Shown here: positions 50,241-60,282 of the stretch, piece by piece
How the letters are laid out: the number at the start of each line of letters is the position of its first letter
How positions within the stretch are numbered: the stretch's first letter is position 1
DNA from: Pseudovirgaria hyperparasitica
Taxonomy: Eukaryota
Reading direction: 5' to 3' (one strand)
Assembly: GCA_010093815.1 (NCBI GenBank)
Contig: ML996567.1
Length of the DNA: 64,000 bases
Translations under genes and position numbers: made by a program
Notes under the pieces: model-generated
The model's input: the letters and a program-made list of their open reading frames with translations, nothing else
Told to the model about the DNA's origin: nothing
The model's database searches: none

Positions 50241-50699
50241 CTCTATGGTTCTAGCTCTATATGTTGGCTCTATACCTGGCTCTATATATTCTAGATCTAC
50301 TATAGGTGGTGCGCGCCGGCTCTATTTACCTAGCTTTTATCCGTTTTAGTCCTTTTTAGACCGTTTAGATACCCGTCGGCCAGTTTCTAGTAATTTAATT
50401 CTTAACTTAATGATATTATGTGTGCGCTCGCTTAGCTTATGACTATCGGTTTCTATATTCTAATTTTCCTTGAGTTACCTAAGTGTAGGCACCGCATATA
50501 AATTAGTTTATCTCTATGAATTCTATTAGAGTACCCGAACTAGTAGTCTAGTAGTTATCGGTTTAGATACTCTAACCTTTTATATTTCGTATTAAGAGTT
50601 TAATTCTATGGTAGGGTACCTTTTTTTAGGTTCTTGGTCCTATATTTTTCTCGTGTATAATAGTCCGTATTAGTCCATTCTAGACTCTTCTATATTATT

Positions 50700-53600
50700 C
50701 TATTATGGTATGTCGCGTCGCGTTCCTAAAATGGTTATTTACGCTTTCTTCGCGTCTAGTAACTATATAACGCTTAAATTATAGGGCTACTATATAGAGT
50801 TTTCCTAGTGCGCGTCTGGATTTCCTAGTTTGGTACTTCGTTCTCTACGGTATTCTTCTTCTTTTTATAATAACCGCGACGTCGCTATACTTATATTAAT
50901 AATACGCTATTCTATATCTTTTGCTTATACGCAGCTATTATAGAACTTAAGATATATACCGCTAGTTCCTAGGTGTCCTCGTCCTTAGTATAGTCCTTCT
51001 AACGGATTCTATATTTCTAAACACCGTCTTTATCAATCCTATATTCGATAATATGGTCCACTTCGAACACGTCTAGTCTATCTTAGGGTATAATAGAGTG
51101 TAACTACACGTTCGTGCGGCTATATATATTAGGTCGAAATCTTTCGAGTAGTAAGACGTAGAATACCTTATAGATTCTTATATCGCTTCCTAAGTTAAGC
51201 TCGTAGGCTCTTATACTAATATAACGTTTAATTCGGAAGGGACCAGCTATTTTATAATCGAGCTTCTTATTTACTCGTAATATTCGTATATTATAGACGT
51301 TAAGAAGGACCTTATCGCCCTCCTTATACGTCTAATCCTTAGTTAACCTATTATAGTACTTCGTATACGAGTCGTTTACTTATTGGATTATAGTATAATA
51401 GTTACGTGCGGTTTCGAAGATTTTAATCGCTAATTCCTAAGCGTGGACGTTCACGTCTATTATTCGATTAAATTAGACCGTCTAAGGCTTAAAACCTATC
51501 CTTAGACTATATCTAAGGTTCGCCTAGAAAGGTATAATACCTATCGTGCTATAACGACTATTATTATATACGAACTCTACTATACTTAGTAGAGAGGCCT
51601 AGTTATTCTACTCGAAATTATAGAATACGCGTAGGTAGGCCTTGAGCGTCTAGTTCTATCGCTCTATCTAGCTATCCGTCTAAGGATAAAATACTATAGA
51701 TATATTCCTATTTATACTTACTATTTTATAGAATAACGTCTAGAATTTAGACGTGAAGGTACTTCCTCGGTCTATAACGATCCTTTTTAGTATACCATAG
51801 ACCTTAATAATCTCGTTCTAGAATACCTACGCTAGTTCTTTAGATGTAATCGTCTTCCATACCGGGATGTATCTAGATATCTTTATAAGTCTATCCACGA
51901 TAATAAGAATAGAATTATAACTTATTCTAAGCATCTCGCTTAGAGATAAGTTAACTATAAAGTCTATAGTAACGTCTTCCTATATAAAGAGGAGGGCTGA
52001 AAGAGGCTGTAAATTCCTATATAGCTTATGCCTAGGGGCCTTCGTTCTTTAATAAATTAGATAAGTAGCTATCTATTCTTTAATATACTTAGATATATCT
52101 TTCTAAAAATAGTACTAACGAATTAAGCTTAGGGTACGTATATACCTAAAGTGTCCTACTAGGTTAGCGTTATAGTATTAGCTAACTATATTAAATCGCG
52201 CGTTACCTATCGGTATATAGTACTTTCTATTATAGTAAAGTAAGCTATCCACGAAGGTCTACTTATAGTCTACTTTAGTCCGTAATAACCTATCTTACTA
52301 TATTTTACGTAACTTTAAAACTATTAGGTCTATCTTCTATAGATCCACGATTAACTAGGCGAGGTTAATTAGATATTTATACTGGGCATTATCGCCCTTC
52401 CCGACAGCGCTAATAAACGGCCTACTAGGAACTTCGGTACCGCGTCTTTGGTTACCGGCTTCGGTCTTAGAGATTCGATTACCGGTATCGATATTAGCAT
52501 CTCGCTAATTACCTAATAACTTAAAATCCAACCTCGTCCTTAAGAGTTAGGCCTATAGCTACTCTAGGACCCTATAGCTACTATAATCCTAGGCGCCTTC
52601 TTTATAGTTAGGTCTTCTTAATATTCTATTAGCTAGGTTTATACTTCTAGGTCGATAGTAGATTATAAAGTAAAAGTTTATAAGCTACTTAGCCTATTAG
52701 ACCTATCGACGGTTTAAAACTATCGTGCTTATAAACCCCTTTAAGTTATAGTAATTAGTTAGTAACTCGACGTTATATATAGTACCTTTAAGATAATATC
52801 ACTACTATTTAAATGACTCTACTATTACTAGTAGCTCTTAGTTATAGATAGTATATCTAGTCTTAATATTAACTATTTTGCGTAAGAAGAACGTAACTAG
52901 ATACTATTAGACCTTTTTAGACTTAGTTAGTCTAGGCTAGAAGAGAATACCTAAGATTATAAATCCTAACGCGTCGGTTTTAACATGGATAGATTTAGTT
53001 AGGTCGAAGTACACTAGTAATAGGGTAGTTATAAATGCCTCTTTGATTTTCTCGAAGGAGGCCCTTTCGCCTTCTAATAATTCTATAGGCTGCGATTTAA
53101 TATTACGCTATTTCTATCTACCATGGACCGTAATAGATAAATCTATAGTAGTAGTACACGTGTTAAGCGGTGCTACTAGCCGGGAGAAATGCTTAACGAA
53201 TTTTCGGTAGTAATTAGTAAATCTAATAAAGACACGTATGTCTCGAACTAATTTTAGTTTAGGCTAGTCCACGATAGTAGCGACCCTATCCCTTTCTATA
53301 GTTATACCTTAATTAGTAATAACGAAGCTAAGGAAGTTAACGTGGTTCTAGTAGAACTTATATTTAGATAGCTTAATATATAGCTTATGTTTTTCTAGCC
53401 TATCTAGGACTACGCGTACGTACTAGATGTGTTCTTCTTCGTTATTAGAGAAGATAAGGATGTCATTAAGGTATACGATGCACATCGTATCAAGTAGGCC
53501 TACTAGCGCGTTATTAATGTACGCTTAGAAGGTTCCTAGCGCGTTAGTTAGTCTAAAAGGGACTACTATATACTCGAAGTGTCTATAACGGGTCCTAAAC

Positions 53601-54600
53601 GCCGTTTTCTACTTATCGCCCTTCTTAATATATAGGCGGTAGTAGGCGTTACGTAGATCGAGCTTAGTAAAGATCTTCACACACCCTAGTCTATTAATAG
53701 ACTCGGAGATAAGAGGTAGTAGGTAACAATTCTTTCACATAATATTATTTAGGCTATAGTAGTCAATACATAGACGGAGACTCCTATCCTTCTTCTTTAT
53801 AAAGAGGATTAGAGCTCCGGCTAGGGATATACTAGGCCTAATCTATTCTCGCGTAAGGTTCTTTTCGATATATTCTCGGAGGACCTATAGCTCGGGTTCT
53901 AATAGAGGGTAGATGGGTCTATATAGGGGTTATTAACCGTCTTTAAGGTTAATAGTAAGGTTAGTAGGTTAGTATTAAGGTAATTCGGACGAGTCGATTA
54001 CTAACGCGATATATTAGTATATTTTATACTAATATAGTAGGTTTTCGTCTACTTTAATACTAAGCTCTCTATTTTAAGTAAGTAAGAGAACGTAGATAGC
54101 GGAGATTATCTTTTTGTAGTCCTTCTAGAATTATTCGTCGTCGACTAGCTATACTAGGTTCTATTATAGTAGGTACATGCGCTAGCTAGCTGTTTTCTAG
54201 ATGAAGTCTAGTTTCGGGTTATATTTTTCGAGCTACGGTATACCGAGAATCATATTAAAGGGACTATCTACCACGATAAAGGTTAAGTAGTAGGGTTTCC
54301 ACTTCCCCCCGCTATCCTAGATACTATATTTAATAGTATAGATACCCTACGATTTAATAGGACCATTAATACTATAGAAGGTAGCATCTATTAGTGCTTA
54401 AATATCGACGTTAAGTTCTCGTGCTTGTTAAGTCGATATAACGTTAGTAGCTAAACCGCTATCGAGCATTACGGTCTAATATTATCTATAAGAGACCTTG
54501 ATGGGCCTAGTCTATAGTTTAATATACTAGTTAGCTAGTTATCTCTCTATTTTAGTTATACCTATAAGTCGCGAGGGTTCCTTATAGGCAGTTAGTTTTT
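50700..54600 (-). pseudogene. pol polyprotein relic (protease, RT, RNase H, integrase, chromodomain)
   Basis: VMLDSG ~54460; CIVYL[D]DILIFS ~53465; [E]TDA[S]GF ~52970; F[H]P[Q]TD[G][Q].ER ~51670; IAGPFRI ~51240; VFEVDHIIE..KYRIR[W]KDY..EDT[W]E ~51000. 3' end approximate. Confidence 0.92.
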
Positions 54601-55974
54601 TATATTATATACCGGGTAGTTAGGCGCGATGTATCCCGGCTACTAATACTTATAGTATATAACTAACTTAGTATCTATATTAGTATTTAGTGGTTTCCCT
54701 AAGCGGTACTTAGGTGCTATATGGCCTATCCTACTATAGGTATAGTAGGTAACTTTAGGTCGTTTATACGAGTCGTTTCTCGCGTCTTAATATATCGACT
54801 AGTAGAAAGATCCGCGGTACGGGCCTCGTCTTCTCGAGTTCGTAGAGTAGTAGCGCCCACGAGGTATTCCGCGCGATCTATTACTAAACCGGTCCTCTTT
54901 AGATGATTTTATATCGGATTAGATTAATAGGGATAGTCGTGCGCCTATACGACGTTAGTTATTCATTATACGCTAATATTATTCTACGAGATTCGCGAGT
55001 ACCTAAAGGTTAGTAGGGATAGACGTTATAAGGTTAATATATTTCTTTACGCTTAGGTTAAGGGACCTTTTAAAGTCGTCGTATTATTAAACTATATAAT
55101 CTTCCTTAGCTTCTCTCTAAAGAGGTCGGAGGTATTCGAGAAGTTATAACGGGGATTATCTCTCTCGCTATTAAGTCTTAAAGATATAGCTCTAAGCCTA
55201 TTCGCGTCGCTCGGCTCTATCGCCGAAGTATTAAAGAAGGAATTCAGTGAACGTGTCCTAGTTATACGTATCCTTAGGGTGTTTAATTCGATGTACCATC
55301 TAACGTTTAGATGGTGTTAGGTCTAGGTAGTTCTATATAAACCTAATCTTATTACTATCGTTCGTGAATAGGTGGAAGAATCGGCTATACTAGTAAGCCT
55401 ATTTATAAAAGCTCCTCCTAGTTTTACCGTTAAAGTAAGGTAGTTTCTTAGACTAAGGTAACTAGGATAGTAATAGACTTAGTTAGACTATTTCGGCTTA
55501 AGTTAATCCATATTAGTATAGATTAGTTACTACTAGTACTAAAGCGCGTAGTGCGGCTTTAAGTCTAGCGGTTCGTCCTCACGCTTTATTAAGTTTATAA
55601 AGTTATTACTTAAGCTAAGCCTAATACTACCTCTCCGTGTATAGCTTAGTATATACGTCGTTATAAGGCGTGGTTAACGTTAGTTAGTTCTAACGAATTA
55701 ATTTATTAACGTTAATAGGGTCTGGTCTTATAGTAAGGATGGGTCTAGTATAGTATAAACTAGACCGCGATAGAGTATAATGGACTCCTTCCTTATTATC
55801 TAGGTAATCTTCTACGGTTATATAGAATACCGTACTAGTTATTAGTATGATAGTCTATAGGGTATACTTATTAGTAGAGGTGGTCGTAGGGAGACTATTC
55901 TCTTCATTTAGATTTAGAGAGAGTCTCTCGTGTAAGGTAGTACTACGGGTATTATAGCGCGTAGTAGGAGCTAT
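54592..55974 (-). pseudogene. gag relic with CCHC zinc knuckle
   Basis: ATA(ATG) 55974 in frame with TAA 54594-54592; [C]YK[C][Q][Q]PG[H]IAP.[C]P near 54615-54660. Confidence 0.8.
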
Positions 55975-56015
55975 CTCTATAAGCTACTATCGTACTATAT
56001 AGAGAGGAATTAAAA

Positions 56016-56253
56016 TATAAAGAGTAAAGACGTAGGATAGTAGTCTAATAGTTTATAGAGAGATATAGGAATGTATTTATAGAGTAATCTTACTCTTATA
56101 CGAGGTTAATTCCTAACGAGTAGGAATCGGTTTATGCGGTCTACTTATATAGTAACCTCGCTTAACTTAGCTAACTCAACCTAGCTCTAGCCACTACGTG
56201 GCTACATGGATTAGAATGGTCTATATAGGTCCGTTATAGTTCCCGTCCTAATA
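56016..56253 (-). repeat. 5' LTR
   Basis: TATAAAGAG...CCGTCCTAATA, RIP'd version of a TG..CA LTR; contains a minus-strand TATATAAG box. Confidence 0.95.
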
Positions 56254-57139
56254 AGTAGAGTATTCTATTAGATAATATAATCTTATAGTACTAACCTTAG
56301 TAGTTTATATACGTCGCCTTACTATACTAGAGCTTACTCTAAATATTATTAATAATGACTTCTCGGTCACGGCCTCGCTATCTTCGCTTCTCCTATAATT
56401 TAAATAGCTATTTTAAGCGTCCCTTAAGGTTTGGATCTATAGATAACGATACTAGACTAGTAGAAACTATACTAGTAAGTAGTAATAGCGTAGGAGACTT
56501 CGGATTAGATACTATAGCCTTCTTACGTCCTAGTAGCTAATAAGACTTATAGATAATAGTATTCTTAAAGGTAAGGAATATAGCCTCTAGTAGATCCTTT
56601 CTTACTAGGCTATAGATCTTATTAAGGAAGGTAAGAAGCTTATTCTAGTTATCTAGACTCTAGTCTAGAAGTATTAACTATTTTCTAGTACGACTAGATA
56701 TTCCGAGCTTTATAGTAAAGCCTTAAGTCTTAAATAGCTAGTTATTAGTACTAAGAGCCTTATTAATTAACTACTAAATCTCCTCCTTATATAACTCCTT
56801 CTTAAACTTATACTAGGCTTCTATCTTTAGTAATATAGCCTTAATAATCTTTCTAAAACCATCTACTCTAAGTTACTAATTTATATAGATAGACTATATT
56901 ATCTTATTAAGAGCCGCGTTATTATCCTATAGATTCTTCTTCTCCTCCTCCTTAACTATATCTCTATAAACTAAAGTAGAGTTATTAGTATTATTAGGTA
57001 TATTACCTAGTAAGGCTAGAGGATTACTTAATAAGGGTACGTTAGAGAGTACTAGCGGTATATTTTTATGCCTTACCGCTATCTTCGTAGCCCTTAATAC
57101 CTTATCTATACTATACTAGAGCGCCTTCGACGTAGATAT
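56254..57139 (-). pseudogene. Transposon ORF2, 5' half (ends in Cys-rich motif at the insertion point)
   Basis: ATA(ATG) 57139 is in frame (807 nt) with codons CTC TAG TAT AGT AAG GCG ACG TAT ATA AAC at 56332, which back-correct to L-Q-C-S-K-A-T-C-x-N. All stops are RIP-type. Confidence 0.7.
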
Positions 57140-57330
57140 ATATAGCTATAGTCTAGAAGGTGGTAGTAGAGGTTCTATTAAGTTATTCTATCCGAATTAA
57201 ATACCTTTACGCTACTTAGGAGATATAATAGATAGTGTAAAATAGTTAAAAAAATACTAATATATGGCTAATATCATATAATACTAATATATAATAGGTA
57301 TTTTAATAGGTATATGAGTATTCGTCGACG

Positions 57331-57426
57331 ATGCCGTAAAATATTAATTACATATAAAAACGCGTGTTGGTGGCACAGACGTGCATCGGGCGCCAAGCTT
57401 TCCCATGTAACTATGGACAAACGGAT
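57331..57426 (-). repeat. Right terminal inverted repeat
   Basis: Reverse complement of 45880-45975. Confidence 0.96.
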
Positions 57427-57923
57427 CGCCCATCATGACGTTGTTGGCATGTCGCAGTGCCACTCCTGCTACCCAGCACTGATTGGCTGGTCAGCATGAC
57501 CCGTGCCATCCTCACGCCCTCTCGATCCGAGAAGAGCGCTCAAGCACAAGCCGGAGATACTGCTCGTCACACCCTCGCCTAGCTATCCAGACAAGACATG
57601 TTACCATGTCTGTCGTCGGCGACAGGCAGCAGAGTGTGGACGCTTCATCTCTCGCGTGGTATACTGAGCTTCAAGAAATGGGCTTGTCTTGTACTCCACC
57701 TTGGCCCCGCGAGTGCATACGAAAAAAGTGAAAACTACCAGAGAGAAAGAGACAACATCTAGCCAGCACGCGTTGCGACCATGCCGATAGACCGTAATAC
57801 GTTGCTGCTTGCTATGCACGGACAAGATCCGCCCTGAAGTATAAGGGGTATATTATACGAGCTCTTAGAGACAACATTTTCCAACCATGTAGACATACAG
57901 GGCCCTTCTTACTTACTACAAGA

Positions 57924-59991
57924 CTATGTCGCGAAGCCTACTCTGCGACCAGTCGGTGCGGTGGTGGCGCCAGAGGCCATCCCGTCAAGCATGTTGTCAA
58001 TGCCATCGAGGTTCAATTGGCCTCCCTCGAGGAGCTTCTGATCGATATCCATCTCTTCCTGTACTATTATTTCGTCATGCTCTGCCTCTCGCGCAAAGAG
58101 TATTCGTCCTCGTTCGTGAGTATTCGTGTTCTCGGTCAAAATGAGCAAGCGATGTTCCGCGACGACCAGTAAGTCCCGTGGACTTGCTGGTCTAGCCTTC
58201 GCCGCTGGAACGTCGAACTGTTGTATGCCATTGATGTATTCACCACGCGTGTCGATGCCTTCAACGCGGCTGAGCCCAGGCCCATGGAGGGAACCTGATG
58301 AGCCACTAGCACTACGAGCCCAGAATTGTGCGAGGTTGGAAATACGACATACGTATGTTCCATAACGAATGACAACCGAATCTTCAGGTACGCCACCACT
58401 GGCAGACACAAGGCTTGCCACCGAAATGCCACCTCGCGCGACAGGACCTATAGGAATAGAGTGGTCTTGGAACAGATTCTCTTCTCGTGTCCGCCGCGTA
58501 TTCGGTGTCATGGGAGCCAAAGCACGAGAACTGCGTGGCTTCTGACTACCAGCTACAACTTCTGATCCAGATACTGCCACTAAGAAGCCGCCGATGGCGA
58601 AAGTGGTGTTGTCAACTCGTTTTGTCGCGGAGGTGCGAGAAGCATTCGAGCCAGTATGATCGATATCCCAGACACCCCATTCGCCATCTGCCAGTAGGGT
58701 GATTATACTACGTCCTCCTGTTGCCCATTTTGCATCAAGTATTCGCTTTCGCTGTGCAGTAGCCGGTGCGTTAATACTGCCCGTCTTAGGTACTTCAAAT
58801 CCAGTATTAAATGAGGCAACCCATTCGCCAAGGCGGCTTATGGACTGCTCTGGCGTGAGTAATTCTTCTGCTCGTACTACGCGCTTGCTATCCAGCGGCG
58901 TTCTGAATGGATCGTAGACCTTGATGCATCCTTTGCTGTCTGCGACAAGCAGTTGCATGTGTCGTGTTGCCGGAAATGTGTTTGGACTGAAAGCAACGCA
59001 TACAGCTGGACTGGGCAGATACCTCGTTTGGCAGGGAAATATTGGAGGCGCGCTTTCTGGCAAGACGCGTTTCCCCTGGCCCGAGGCCAACGGAAGGCGA
59101 AATATCTGCAGAATGCCGGAAACGTCGGCAGAGTGCGAGGCGATGATGAGATCCCATTCCACCTTTTGTCTAGCAGACCTAGGAGCTATAGCTTCATCGA
59201 TGTCGAGCATGTCAACGTCCGACCGAGAGCCTCCAAGCAAAGAATGCCGTGGTGTCCACGTCATTGCTACACCACCAGGTATCTGTGCATGGCCATATTG
59301 GCCGTGTATCACAGCCATCTCCTCGCCCCATTTTGAGGCGGTCTTGCTTGATTTTGCGGCAGCCTTTCTCGCATTGGAGGGTGGAGAGATGGGAAGTGAA
59401 ATTACACGAATACTGCTGTCTACAGATGCCACAGTGAAGACGACCCGATCATGAAGTATCTGTGGTACTTGATCCTTGGTGACACTAGTTCCTGCGGATG
59501 GGAGCCCGGGGATGGCTATATGAAGGACCTCTGAGGGAATGGCGAGGTCCACGTGCTGTATTATGGATGGAACTGGGCTTTGGGCGTCGAGCTCCTCTTC
59601 ATCTGATTCAAATTCCGCATCTTCGAATGCCTCCAGCCGTCGAGCTTCTGCGACTCGATTGTTGTCGTCGACTATGTCATTTTCCACCGCAATAGCGTCG
59701 CCTTGTGTGCCATTGGTCTTTGCCTGCCTCTGGTTCGTCTTTGACGTCTCACTCGATTGCTTCAGCCGTCGACCACCTCTCCACAATATCCGTACACCAG
59801 AAGTATGGCCATAGATTATGATGGTCGACCCATTCGGCGCCTTCTTGGGATATATCTGAGCCGTGTGGACGCGATGTGGAAGCTCGTAGCTGGTGACAGG
59901 ATTAGCGTGCGGAGAAGATCAGCACCTCCGCTATGGGTTGGACAGACCTCAACAGTGCAGTCTTGCCTTTCTTGAAGACCGTGGGCTTCAT
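57924..59991 (-). CDS. NUP37: Fungal nucleoporin Nup37-like WD40 protein
   Basis: ATG 59991, one intron (~59947-59890). SYELPHRVHTAQIYPKKAPNGSTIIIYGHTSGVRILWRGGR resembles the Pezizomycotina Nup37 N-terminus (from memory); LLVADSKGCIKVYD; ILDAKW..LLADGEWGVWD. Confidence 0.8.
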
Positions 59992-60093
59992 TGAAGAGCG
60001 GTAATATCAAGTTGAAAGTGGTGGTACAGTTACTGGGATATCAGAGCGACAGTGTTGATGATAGGTTTTTGTTGAAGCTGAAGTTACTCTACA

Positions 60094-60131
60094 GCGCGAC
60101 GCGTCCAAAATCGGACGTTACGATCGCGTCG
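60094..60131. promoter_or_regulatory. MCB-like (CGCG/ACGCGT) cluster in the NUP37-APC1 bidirectional promoter
   Basis: GCGCGACGCGT at 60094-60104 and TCGCGTCG at ~60124-60131 within a ~290-bp divergent gap. Confidence 0.45.
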
Positions 60132-60282
60132 CCCGGACCCCACTATAACTTCTATAACTAATTATAATTAATACAACAAAGCAATAGAACCACATTTTTC
60201 TCGGTTGCGCACTTCCAATTCGATCTGATTCTCTTCAAGGCTCGCTGATCTTTTCCATGGCTTGGACTATGCGACATATTAC

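Larger units (their letters stand above)
48211..56253 (-). mobile_element. Full-length Ty3/Gypsy chromovirus LTR retrotransposon, RIP-inactivated, nested in the DNA transposon
   Basis: Two 238-bp LTRs; 5-bp TSD AGTAG (48206-48210 / 56254-56258); minus-strand gag (CCHC) followed by PR-RT-RH-IN-chromodomain. Confidence 0.96.
45880..57426 (+). mobile_element. RIP-inactivated IS630/Tc1-type (DD34E) DNA transposon, ~3.5 kb without the nested retrotransposon, two convergent genes
   Basis: ~96-bp terminal inverted repeats (1 mismatch), internal DD34E transposase relic, sharp switch to TpA-rich, CpA/TpG-depleted sequence inside the TIRs. Confidence 0.93.

Noticed and set aside
54721..56540. Short + strand ORFs at 54721-54906 and 56355-56540
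   Set aside because: Antisense to gag and to transposon ORF2; chance openings in RIP'd sequence.
45880..57426. Helitron or Starship interpretation (A|TC start; large element with extra genes)
   Set aside because: Long TIRs and a DD34E transposase are present; no CTRR end, Rep/helicase or tyrosine recombinase captain seen.
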